A stretch of 64,000 nt of DNA from an uncultured Bacteroidales bacterium (GTDB taxonomy: Bacteria; Bacteroidota; Bacteroidia; Bacteroidales; VadinHA17): positions 100,340 through 164,339 of the forward strand of contig CAVURA010000012.1 of the NCBI GenBank assembly GCA_963743775.1, written 5' to 3'. A program made the position numbers and the translations under genes. Numbering within the stretch: the first letter of the stretch is position 1; every line of letters starts with the position of its first letter. Under the pieces are notes generated by a model. The model was given only the letters and a program-made list of their open reading frames with translations. It was not told the origin of the DNA and did not search any database. This document shows positions 20,611 through 29,431 of this stretch, piece after piece.

Positions 20611-22848
20611 ATGGCAACACGCAGGCAATTCATCAGAATCTCAGCGATTGGCGCCGGAGCGGTTATGGCCGGAGCGGCCGGATTCAGGCTTTTAGCTTCC
20701 GGACTCACTGACGGCCAGAAAGCCACCGCAGCAGTTCTGGCTGCACGCACTCCCACTTATTGTGAGATCTGTTTCTGGAAATGCGCAGGCTGGGTCTGGA
20801 AGGACGAGGGTGGAAACATCAAAAAGATCACCGGAAATAAAGAAGACCAGCACAGCAGCGGCAGATTCTGTCCCCGCGGTACAGGCGGCCCCGGAATGTA
20901 TTACGATGAGGACAGGCTGAAGGTTCCCCTGATAAGGACCGAAGAACGCGACAAGCAGGTATTCCGGGAAGCTTCCTGGGAAGAAGCCCTGGATCATATT
21001 GCCGGGAAAATGAAAGAAATAATTGCGAAGAGCGGCCCCGAGAGCCTTGCTCTCTTCTATCACGGTTCCGGCGGAAAATACTTCACCGATCTTTTTAAAG
21101 CTCTGGGAGCCGGGAATTATGCACAACCATCATTTGCACAGTGCCGCGGACCCCGCGATGTGGCTTTTGCAGCTACATTCGGAGAGAATCCGGGCTCACC
21201 TGAAAACACTGACATAAGAGATACACGCTGCCTTGTGCTTATTGGATCGCATATAGGGGAGAACATGCACAACGGTCAGGTACAGGAGATGTCTGACGCC
21301 ATCGACAAGGGTGCCACGATCATCACTGTTGACCCGCGGTTCTCCACAGCCGCCGGCAAATCGAAGTACTGGTTGCCCATCAAGCCCGCGACTGATCTCG
21401 CTCTGCTGCTCGCCTGGATACATGAGATAATTTACAATGAATACTACGATAAGAAATACGTTGAGAAATACTGCTCCGGGTTTGACGAGCTGAAAGAGCA
21501 TGTCAGGAACTTTACTCCTGAATGGGCATATGGCATTACCACCATAAATCCAACGGTGATAAGAGATACCGCACGCGAAATGGCTGAGGCATCACCGGCA
21601 GTTATTGTGCATCCCGGACGTCATGTGACCTGGTATGGTGATGATACCCAGCGTATCAGGGCAGTGGCAATACTTAACGCTCTTCTCGGGTCATGGGGCC
21701 GGCGCGGAGGCTTCTACAAACAGGAGGGCAAAACCATTCCTTCATTCCCTCATCCGGAGTACCCGGCACCTGAAAGAACATGGCGCGAATGGTACCCCGG
21801 TAAGTATAATCTTGCTGACCTGGGCGTGGCCAATGTTCTTATTGATGCCAGTATCCCGACACCTGAAAGGGATGCGATGATAAAAGGATGGCTGGTGTCA
21901 GGCACAAACCTTCCACTGACGGTTCCTGATACCGAACATACTTTAAAGGCAGTTCAGAGCCTTGATCTCATTGTCGCCGTTGATACAATGCCCATGGAGA
22001 TAACCGGATGGGCCGATGTGGTGCTTCCCGAGTGTACTTATCTCGAGCGCTGGGATACACTCAGAGACAGCCCCCACCGCAAACCGGCCATCGCACTTCG
22101 CATGCCGGCAACAGAGCCAAAATATGAATCAAAACCGGCTTACTGGATGGCCCGGGAACTGGCTAACAGGCTGGGCAAGGGAGAGTACTTCCACTTTGAG
22201 AAAACTGAAGACCTGCTCGACTGGCAACTTAAACAGATGGGAAGCTCACTTGAAGAGATGAAGAAAGCAGGAGTAAAGACATGGGAACGGGAGGCTGATG
22301 ACCTGTTCTTCGGCGAAGGAGAAGATATCACATTCTGGACCAACACCGGGAAGATTGAGCTGTATTCCACTGCTTTGGAAAATGAAGGTTTCAGCCCGAT
22401 GCCCGGGTATTCACCTCACCCCGAGCCGCCTGAAGGATTTTACCGTCTCATATACGGCAGGGCGCCAATGCATACGTTCAGCCGCACATCCAACAATGCC
22501 AATCTTTTTGATCTGATGGACGAAAACTCGTTATGGGTCAATCCGCGCGTGGCAAAAGAATGGGGACTTACGACCGGCCAGTATATCCATCTGAAAAACC
22601 AGGACGGAGCTGAGACAGATTTTCCGATAAAATTGAGAATCACCGAAAGAATCAGATGGGATTCTGTCTATATGGTACACGGGTTTGGTCATGCTGACAA
22701 GAAACTTACGAGGACCTATGGTCGTGGAGCGAATGATACAAAACTGATTACCAATGTTATGGTGGATCCGGTCATGGGAGGGACCGGCATGCGCGGCAAT
22801 TTTGTGACATTTGTTACTGATCTTACCAAAGAGGAGGTGGCGTCATGA
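20611..22848 (+). CDS. Polysulfide/thiosulfate reductase catalytic molybdopterin subunit (PsrA/PhsA-like)
   Basis: Tat signal TRRQFI, CEICFWKC..CPRG Fe-S motif, Mo-ligand region PSFAQCRGPR, YMVHGFG. Confidence 0.88.
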   Translation: MATRRQFIRISAIGAGAVMAGAAGFRLLASGLTDGQKATAAVLAARTPTYCEICFWKCAGWVWKDEGGNIKKITGNKEDQHSSGRFCPRGTGGPGMYYDEDRLKVPLIRTEERDKQVFREASWEEALDHIAGKMKEIIAKSGPESLALFYHGSGGKYFTDLFKALGAGNYAQPSFAQCRGPRDVAFAATFGENPGSPENTDIRDTRCLVLIGSHIGENMHNGQVQEMSDAIDKGATIITVDPRFSTAAGKSKYWLPIKPATDLALLLAWIHEIIYNEYYDKKYVEKYCSGFDELKEHVRNFTPEWAYGITTINPTVIRDTAREMAEASPAVIVHPGRHVTWYGDDTQRIRAVAILNALLGSWGRRGGFYKQEGKTIPSFPHPEYPAPERTWREWYPGKYNLADLGVANVLIDASIPTPERDAMIKGWLVSGTNLPLTVPDTEHTLKAVQSLDLIVAVDTMPMEITGWADVVLPECTYLERWDTLRDSPHRKPAIALRMPATEPKYESKPAYWMARELANRLGKGEYFHFEKTEDLLDWQLKQMGSSLEEMKKAGVKTWEREADDLFFGEGEDITFWTNTGKIELYSTALENEGFSPMPGYSPHPEPPEGFYRLIYGRAPMHTFSRTSNNANLFDLMDENSLWVNPRVAKEWGLTTGQYIHLKNQDGAETDFPIKLRITERIRWDSVYMVHGFGHADKKLTRTYGRGANDTKLITNVMVDPVMGGTGMRGNFVTFVTDLTKEEVAS

Positions 22849-23378
22849 GATACGCGATGGCTGTTGACACAAAGAAATGTGTGGGATGCAGCGACTGTGT
22901 CGTGGCATGCCAGACGGAAAACGATGTCCCTATAGGCTACTGCCGAGACTGGGTTGTGGAAACGATGGATGGAACATACCCGCAGCTTGAGGTGGAGCTG
23001 AGGTCAGAACGCTGCAACCACTGCGCCAATGCACCCTGCGTAAGATGCTGCCCCACGGGTGCCAGCCATTTTGCAGAAGGGGGTATAGTCCTTGTCACGC
23101 ATAACGAATGCATCGGTTGCGGAGCCTGTATTGCATCATGCCCATATGATGCAAGATATCCGCATCCGAAAGGATATGTTGATAAATGCACATTTTGCAT
23201 ACACCGGGTAAAGGAAGGTATGAAACCTGCATGCGTGGCCGTATGCCCCACAAAGTGCATGTACTTCGGTGATCTTGATGACCCCAACAGTGATGTAAGT
23301 GTGATCCTGAAGAAAAGAAAGAGCAAAACCCTAATTCCGGAAGCAGGCACCAAACCTCAGTTGTATTTCCTAATCTGA
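22845..23378 (+). CDS. 4Fe-4S electron transfer subunit (PsrB/PhsB/NrfC-like)
   Basis: Four CxxCxxC..C clusters; ATGA overlap with upstream gene. Confidence 0.92.
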   Translation: MRYAMAVDTKKCVGCSDCVVACQTENDVPIGYCRDWVVETMDGTYPQLEVELRSERCNHCANAPCVRCCPTGASHFAEGGIVLVTHNECIGCGACIASCPYDARYPHPKGYVDKCTFCIHRVKEGMKPACVAVCPTKCMYFGDLDDPNSDVSVILKKRKSKTLIPEAGTKPQLYFLI

Positions 23379-23385
23379 CAAGACA

Positions 23386-24327
23386 ATGAATGAAGAACTT
23401 ATCATAAGCGGAAGAGACAACCTTGCGGTTGACCCGCATCTGCAGATCTGGCACTGGCCGATCCCGTTCTACCTTTTCCTGGGAGGACTGGCTGCCGGCG
23501 TACTCTTCTTTGCAGCCCTCTATTATATAATGGGAAAGGAGAAAGAATACCCGACTGCCGTCAGAAAGGTGCCTTTCATTGCACCAATACTCCTTATAAT
23601 AGGCCTTGCAGCACTCTTTTTTGATCTCCGGCATAAAGCATATTTCTGGCAGCTTTACACTAACATTAAACTTCAGTCACCCATGTCGTGGGGCGCCTGG
23701 ACACTGCTGGTGATCACCGCCGCCTCCGTCGTCTGGTCGGCACTGCATATCAGGGACCTTTTTCCGAACTGGGACTGGAAATATCAGTGGCTGAAGGATC
23801 TGGAGACTTTCTTCAATAAATATAAAAAGGCGCTGGCATGGGTGATTCTTATTTATGCCGTCATAACCGGCATATATACCGGAATCCTTCTCTCTGCCTT
23901 TAATGCGAGGCCCCTGTGGAACACATCGGTCCTCGGGCCGCTGTTTCTGGCCTCCGGGCTCTCGGCAGGTGCGGCCGCCATTGTTCTTATGTCGAAAAAT
24001 CCGAAGGAGAGGCTGCACTTTACAAAGATTGACCTTATCATTTTGGGGGTGGAGCTATTTCTTATTGTTCATATGTTCATGGGCTTCCTGGCATCCACAC
24101 AGGTGCAGATAGAGGCAGCAGGACTTTTTCTGGGCGGGCAGTACACTGTGGCCTTCTGGGTCTTCGTTGTCTTCCTGGGTCTGGTAATACCCGCATTTCT
24201 TGACCTGATGGAATTACGCGGATATCATATACCCGCTCTGGTGCCGGGAGTACTGGTGCTGTTCGGAAGCCTTATGTTCAGATTTGTATTTGTCTTTGCC
24301 GGCCAGGTGAGCCGATGGTTATACTGA
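23386..24327 (+). CDS. NrfD/PsrC family membrane anchor
   Basis: W.WPI..YLFLGGLAAG, SPMSWGAW, YTGILL..RPLW. Confidence 0.92.
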   Translation: MNEELIISGRDNLAVDPHLQIWHWPIPFYLFLGGLAAGVLFFAALYYIMGKEKEYPTAVRKVPFIAPILLIIGLAALFFDLRHKAYFWQLYTNIKLQSPMSWGAWTLLVITAASVVWSALHIRDLFPNWDWKYQWLKDLETFFNKYKKALAWVILIYAVITGIYTGILLSAFNARPLWNTSVLGPLFLASGLSAGAAAIVLMSKNPKERLHFTKIDLIILGVELFLIVHMFMGFLASTQVQIEAAGLFLGGQYTVAFWVFVVFLGLVIPAFLDLMELRGYHIPALVPGVLVLFGSLMFRFVFVFAGQVSRWLY

Positions 24328-24350
24328 TCACAATAAAACATAAAAACAAT

Positions 24351-24887
24351 ATGAGCGATATTACTAAAACTGAGAGGAGCAAAACATACCTCAATCCTTA
24401 CCTGGGAGGAGTGCTGCTGGGCCTTGTGCTTCTTGCCGCCAACTTTATTGCCGGCAGGGGTCTCGGTGCCAGCGGCGCCATCAAGAGCGTTGTGGCCACA
24501 TCCATAGAGATTGTTGATAAAAACGCTGTCAAAACAATGCCGTTCATGGCCGAGTATGCCCAATCGCATAGCGGGAGCCCGATGAGATCTTGGCTTGTCT
24601 TTGAGATGCTGGGCGTGCTCGTCGGCGGTTTCATATCCGGGGCGATTGCCGGACGACTGAAACTGAAAGTGGAACATTCACCGAAAATAACCTCCCGGCG
24701 CAGGCTGGTTTTCGCACTCATGGGAGGGACGCTCTTCGGCTTCGGCTCGCAGCTCGGTCGCGGATGCACAAGCGGCTCAGCACTGAGCGGTATGGGAGTG
24801 CTCTCGCTGGGAGGCTTCATAACCATGATGGGAATATTCGGCACAGCCTTCGCGCTGGCATATTTCTTCAGGAGAAACTGGATATAA
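24351..24887 (+). CDS. YeeE/YedE sulfur-compound transporter family protein
   Basis: GLGASG and GRGCTSG motifs; ATG at 24351. Confidence 0.88.
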   Translation: MSDITKTERSKTYLNPYLGGVLLGLVLLAANFIAGRGLGASGAIKSVVATSIEIVDKNAVKTMPFMAEYAQSHSGSPMRSWLVFEMLGVLVGGFISGAIAGRLKLKVEHSPKITSRRRLVFALMGGTLFGFGSQLGRGCTSGSALSGMGVLSLGGFITMMGIFGTAFALAYFFRRNWI

Positions 24888-24903
24888 AAGAAAGGAGTAA
24901 AAC

Positions 24904-25494
24904 ATGGGACCACTGGCACCAAACGGAATAATATCGGAGAACACCAACTTTCTCCTCGCATTCTTCATCGGCATCGCTTTCGGATTTGTACTTGAGAGCT
25001 CAGGCTTCTCATCAAGCAGAAAGCTGGCCGGCATCTTCTACGGCTATGACACTGTAGTTCTCAAAGTCTTCTTCACCGGAGCCATCACATGCATGATAGG
25101 ATTGCTGTTCATGAGCCTCTTCGGATGGATAGACCTATCCCTGGTCTATGTCAACCCGACGTATCTCACCTCCGCTATAATTGGCGGTGTAGTGATGGGA
25201 GCAGGGTTTATAATGGGCGGTTTCTGCCCGGGAACAAGCTTTACGGGTGCAGCTATAGGAAAGATTGACGGAATGGTCTTCATCGGGGGACTGTTTCTGG
25301 GTGTTTACGGCTTTGCATTTACTTACCCGCTGTGGGAAAAAATGTACTTTGCACATTATCTCGGTGAACCGAAGGTAAGTGAATCGCTGGGCATGAAAGA
25401 CGGGCTCTTCGGATTGCTGCTGATACTTGCAGCACTGGTCATGTTTGCAGTTGCCGAGTGGGCTGAGAGAAAATTCCCGAGAGAAGAATATTAA
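24904..25494 (+). CDS. YeeE/YedE sulfur-compound transporter family protein
   Basis: FGFVLE.SGF and GGFCPGT motifs. Confidence 0.88.
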   Translation: MGPLAPNGIISENTNFLLAFFIGIAFGFVLESSGFSSSRKLAGIFYGYDTVVLKVFFTGAITCMIGLLFMSLFGWIDLSLVYVNPTYLTSAIIGGVVMGAGFIMGGFCPGTSFTGAAIGKIDGMVFIGGLFLGVYGFAFTYPLWEKMYFAHYLGEPKVSESLGMKDGLFGLLLILAALVMFAVAEWAERKFPREEY

Positions 25495-25513
25495 AAACTG
25501 AAAGGATAGTAAC

Positions 25514-26137
25514 ATGAAACCACTTAAGTTATTGGCTCTTATAATTATCCCGTTGGGGATAATTCTTGCCGCCGTACCAGCAGACAAGACAAGGCGATTC
25601 AAGCTGTCGGCCGATGAGCTTCTGCAGGAAGCGGGAGCAGGGGTGCAGTTCATTTCGCCCGATGTCATTGCCGACATGCTCGTTCAGAAGGACCCGTCAC
25701 TGCAGCTGATTGACGTGCGGACGCCGGAGGAGTTTGAAGCATACAGTCTTCAGGGAGCAATCAACATCCCATTGAGTAATCTTTTATCAGACGAATATAT
25801 AGACATCCTCAACCAGGATGCACGGATGAACGTCTTTTACTCAAACGGTTCGGTCTATGCCAATCAGGCATGGATGCTTACCAGGCAGCTCGGTTACGAG
25901 AACAATTTTGTTCTTGAGGGAGGCTTGAATTACTGGTTTGGCAATATCCTGTCGGCGCAGGCACCTTCGCAGACCAGTCCCAATGAGGAGTTCGCCAAGT
26001 ACGACTTCCGCAAGAGTGCTGCCACGGCGCTTGGCGGAGGCGGTGTTGTTACTACAGAAGGAGGTGCATCTGCCGTGAAGGCAGCCAAACCTGCCGTGAC
26101 GGCAAAGGCCAAGAAGAAGCCTGCCGGCGGCTGCTGA
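25514..26137 (+). CDS. Membrane-anchored/exported rhodanese-like protein with C-terminal GGC
   Basis: LIDVRT.EEF...L.GAINIP and VLEGGLNYW rhodanese motifs; N-terminal hydrophobic segment. Confidence 0.85.
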   Translation: MKPLKLLALIIIPLGIILAAVPADKTRRFKLSADELLQEAGAGVQFISPDVIADMLVQKDPSLQLIDVRTPEEFEAYSLQGAINIPLSNLLSDEYIDILNQDARMNVFYSNGSVYANQAWMLTRQLGYENNFVLEGGLNYWFGNILSAQAPSQTSPNEEFAKYDFRKSAATALGGGGVVTTEGGASAVKAAKPAVTAKAKKKPAGGC

Positions 26138-26187
26138 TTTTTTGGAGTAAGCAAAAAAAGGGTTACATTTGCGGCTGCAAAACGCGC

Positions 26188-26259
26188 GGCCCTATAGTTC
26201 AATGGATAGAACGCGGGTTTCCTAAACCTGAAATTTAGGTTCGATTCCTAGTGGGGCTA
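26188..26259 (+). tRNA. tRNA-Arg (CCT)
   Basis: GGCCCTA/TGGGGCT acceptor stem, TTCCTAA anticodon loop, GGTTCGATTCC T-arm; promoter TACATTTG at 26164-26171; no encoded CCA. Confidence 0.95.
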
Positions 26260-26273
26260 CAATTATTAAAGCG

Positions 26274-26306
26274 AAAGGTCTGTAAATGAGTAATTTACGG
26301 ACTTTT
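26274..26306 (+). terminator. Hairpin with T-tract after tRNA-Arg
   Basis: AAAGGTCTGTAAAT-GAGTA-ATTTACGGACTTTT. Confidence 0.7.
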
Positions 26307-26530
26307 TATTTTAAAATTGAAAACATTCGGACATTTATAGTATAAAAGAGAAAAGGCGGCCCAGTGTAAAATTTAAACCCGGAAGGGGTACTGTCTGAGG
26401 AGGGGCTGTTCAATCAAACAAAAGCCCCCGGCAGATGATCCCGGGTCTATTTTTGGGTCAAAATAGATATCTCTATGATTATCCGGATGATAAATGTTCG
26501 TACTTTTGAGATAGATAAAGTACATTTCTG

Positions 26531-27631
26531 ATGTATGCCATCAAAACTCTGGCAAAACAGTATCTGAGGTTTATCATTACCGCTTTCGGAGTTGCTCTTT
26601 GTTTGTTGCTGATGTTGTTCCTTCTGGCGATTTATTACGGTGTATCGGATGCTTCAGTCAGATATGTCCGTGAAAGCGACGCAGATATCTGGGTTTTACA
26701 AAGACATGCTGCCAACCTGCTCCGGGGCACTTCCCTCCTGACAAGCAGACATGGGACTGTCATTAGGGATGTAGAAGGAGTAAAATCAATTGCTCCTATT
26801 CTGTTTTTTACCGCAACCGTTAATGTGCCGGATAATACTGCATCTGTGCATCTGGTTGGATATGACCCGAGTACAGGGAAAGGTGGCCCTCCTGAAATCG
26901 TTGAAGGAAACTCCCTGCAGAATAATGATCAGATTATTCTTGATTATGCATTTGCAGCTAAATATAAGTTAAAGGTCGGCGATAAACTGCCAATCAGGGA
27001 TGATACCCTTACGGTCACAGGATTAAGCTCAGGGACCAACCTGTTTGTGATTCAATTCGCTTTTATTACACTTAATGAAGCCCGGAGGCTTCTTGGCTTC
27101 TCCTCAATTTTATCGTGCTATCAGGTAATGATTATGCCCGGATATGATCTGGCGTCCGTTGCAGAAAACATAAGATCTGCTTCCCCTGACTTTGCAGTAT
27201 TCGACCGGGATACATTCCTGGCCAATAATATTCATGAAGCCGAAACCGGTGTCATGCCTTTGCTTTATGTGGTTGCCCTTATAGGAGCAATTGTACTGAC
27301 AGCACTCCTGAGTCTTATATTGTCAGTATATGTCCTGGAACAGCAAAAAGACTATGCAATTATGAAGGCCCTGGGAGCTCCGGCAGGATTCATCTCCCGG
27401 ATTGTTATTCAACAGTCTCTGATACTGGCTGGCAGCGGAATGATCATTGCCATTCTGTTATTCGACCCTATGTTAAGTGCAGTGAAAAAGTTTTCGCCGA
27501 CTATTTCAGCCGAATCGTCAGTGTATCAGATAATAATAGTTGCTTCAGGATTACTTGTGATAAGCCTTCTGAGTTCAATAATACCGCTTGTCCGTCAACG
27601 GCATATATATCCTCTTGAAGTATTCAGATGA
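26531..27631 (+). CDS. ABC exporter permease (MacB/FtsX, DevC-like)
   Basis: TM + periplasmic domain (ADIWV) + 3 TM with YAIMKALGA; promoter TACTTTTG at 26501-26508. Confidence 0.88.
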   Translation: MYAIKTLAKQYLRFIITAFGVALCLLLMLFLLAIYYGVSDASVRYVRESDADIWVLQRHAANLLRGTSLLTSRHGTVIRDVEGVKSIAPILFFTATVNVPDNTASVHLVGYDPSTGKGGPPEIVEGNSLQNNDQIILDYAFAAKYKLKVGDKLPIRDDTLTVTGLSSGTNLFVIQFAFITLNEARRLLGFSSILSCYQVMIMPGYDLASVAENIRSASPDFAVFDRDTFLANNIHEAETGVMPLLYVVALIGAIVLTALLSLILSVYVLEQQKDYAIMKALGAPAGFISRIVIQQSLILAGSGMIIAILLFDPMLSAVKKFSPTISAESSVYQIIIVASGLLVISLLSSIIPLVRQRHIYPLEVFR

Positions 27632-28314
27632 AGACAGAGAGCAATATATGTAATGCCGAACTGGTAAAAGTTTCTAAGGTATTTTCCCGGTCAGGAAATG
27701 AGACGGTAGCTTTAAATAATGTCTCATTTAAAGTTAACCAGGGAGAACTTGTTTTGCTGCTTGGTCCCAGCGGCAGTGGGAAAACCACTCTGCTTACACT
27801 TCTGGCCGGGTTTCAGAAGCCAAGCAGTGGAGAAGTATATATTTTCGGGAAAAGAGTACAGGATTACAGTGCATCCGCATTGCAAAAGATAAGAGCCCGT
27901 CAGATGGGATTTATTTTTCAGACTTTTTGCCTGCTTGATTCTCTGAGAGTGCTTGAGAACGTAACGCTGGTTATGAAATTCGCCGGTATCCCAGAGAAAT
28001 CAGCAAGGAGACATGCAATAGAATGCCTGGAAAGGTTTGGGATAAGTCACCTTTCAAATGAATTTCCGGGCAAACTCAGCCAGGGAGAAAAACAACGTGT
28101 AGCTGTTGCCCGGGCAATTGCCAACGGTTCAAAAATGGTTCTGGCTGATGAACCCACCGGCAGCCTTGCCACTGAACAGGGTATGGCAATCATTGAATTC
28201 CTTCACAACAGTGTTAAAAAGGATGGACTTAGCGTGGTTATAGCCAGTCATGACGACCGGATTTCAAATTATGCTGACCGTGTTCACTGTCTGAGAGACG
28301 GAACCCTGATCTAG
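27628..28314 (+). CDS. ABC transporter ATP-binding protein (LolD/DevA-like)
   Basis: [23 protein letters not shown]; ATGA overlap with permease. Confidence 0.93.
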   Translation: MKTESNICNAELVKVSKVFSRSGNETVALNNVSFKVNQGELVLLLGPSGSGKTTLLTLLAGFQKPSSGEVYIFGKRVQDYSASALQKIRARQMGFIFQTFCLLDSLRVLENVTLVMKFAGIPEKSARRHAIECLERFGISHLSNEFPGKLSQGEKQRVAVARAIANGSKMVLADEPTGSLATEQGMAIIEFLHNSVKKDGLSVVIASHDDRISNYADRVHCLRDGTLI

Positions 28315-28317
28315 ATA

Positions 28318-29430
28318 TCACAGGCAGGGTATATCTATAAAAGGAAGGTGGTTACGGATTTTATCATCCTCTATCATTGCCGGATTAGTGGAAACCAGCA
28401 CAATGTTTGAAACGACACGCTGGTAAAAAAAGCCTTCTGATGCTTTCAGCAAAGGATCATCAGCGGAACTGCCCCACATCATATTCTGAAAACCGCGCTT
28501 TCGTAAATCATTATATATGAAACGCAACAAGGCATTCATTATTCCGGGGTCACGGTCTCTTGCAGCGTAATCAGTGATTATGGAATCCCTGAAGCATTCA
28601 CCCTGTAATGGCAAGGGCAACAGGTTAAAAACCAGGGAAAGGCCTTTGTAAATAATCTTAGCCTTGCGAAATGTTTTACCATACTTTAAAACCCTCGTTT
28701 GTTTGAACGACGAGCAGTCCCAGGCCGCACATACTCCACAGGCCTTACCGGCCTTATCGAAGGCAAGGTAGTAATCACTTATTTTCAGGCCCGGGCGTTT
28801 GCTCAGATAATCCTGAAATGTTGTTACATCATAAAGGTTTCCAAACAGCCTTTCATTATGCTCATTATTCAATAGGGCAACAATTTCAGGAATATCGTTA
28901 TTATCAGCCTTGCGGATTCTGAGAGCCCGCGAATTTCTGACCGGCCAGGTCAGCATTATATTCCTGACATCCAGCTGGTTGATCACACGAGAATAAGGAA
29001 TATACGGGAATTTAGTATTTCTGCGACCCACGTAGTGGAGCGAAGGCTTGTTGCCGGCCATGATAACCACATACCCGACTTCCGCCTGATTATATGTTTC
29101 CTTAAAAAAATTCTCAGTAACCTTATATCCGAATCCTTTGCCCCTCGCCTCCGGAGAAACATAGTAATCTCTCATATGAAAAACAGTTCTGTGCTGCCCG
29201 TTCACCATTGCATTATGATATCCGACGCCTCCAAATCCTTTAAGCTGATCGAGATGGAAAAATCCATAATAGTAATACGGATTGTACCTGATATCAGGCA
29301 GTCTGAAAAAATCCGGCTGCCTGTCAAAGCAAACTGTAAGGTTTTCGGCATTATTCGGCGATGACCGGAGAATATTGAGCATTGCGGTGTTATGACTCCT
29401 GTCTATAGGTTTAATACTGTAAGGGCTCAT
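28318..29430 (-). CDS. GNAT-family N-acyltransferase (probably tandem GNAT)
   Basis: YVSPEARGKGFG acyl-CoA-binding motif; second IRKA..D repeat. Confidence 0.75.
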   Translation of the reverse strand: MSPYSIKPIDRSHNTAMLNILRSSPNNAENLTVCFDRQPDFFRLPDIRYNPYYYYGFFHLDQLKGFGGVGYHNAMVNGQHRTVFHMRDYYVSPEARGKGFGYKVTENFFKETYNQAEVGYVVIMAGNKPSLHYVGRRNTKFPYIPYSRVINQLDVRNIMLTWPVRNSRALRIRKADNNDIPEIVALLNNEHNERLFGNLYDVTTFQDYLSKRPGLKISDYYLAFDKAGKACGVCAAWDCSSFKQTRVLKYGKTFRKAKIIYKGLSLVFNLLPLPLQGECFRDSIITDYAARDRDPGIMNALLRFIYNDLRKRGFQNMMWGSSADDPLLKASEGFFYQRVVSNIVLVSTNPAMIEDDKIRNHLPFIDIPCL

Positions 29431-29431
29431 A

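Noticed and set aside
20611-22848. Nitrate reductase, formate dehydrogenase or arsenate reductase
   Set aside because: Size, Cys ligand context, NrfD anchor and YeeE/rhodanese neighbours point to Psr/Phs.
26135-26160. Selenocysteine read-through at rhodanese GGC-TGA (GCU-like motif)
   Set aside because: Only a weak T/A hairpin follows, not a convincing SECIS, and a TAA comes three codons later; a plain stop is simpler.
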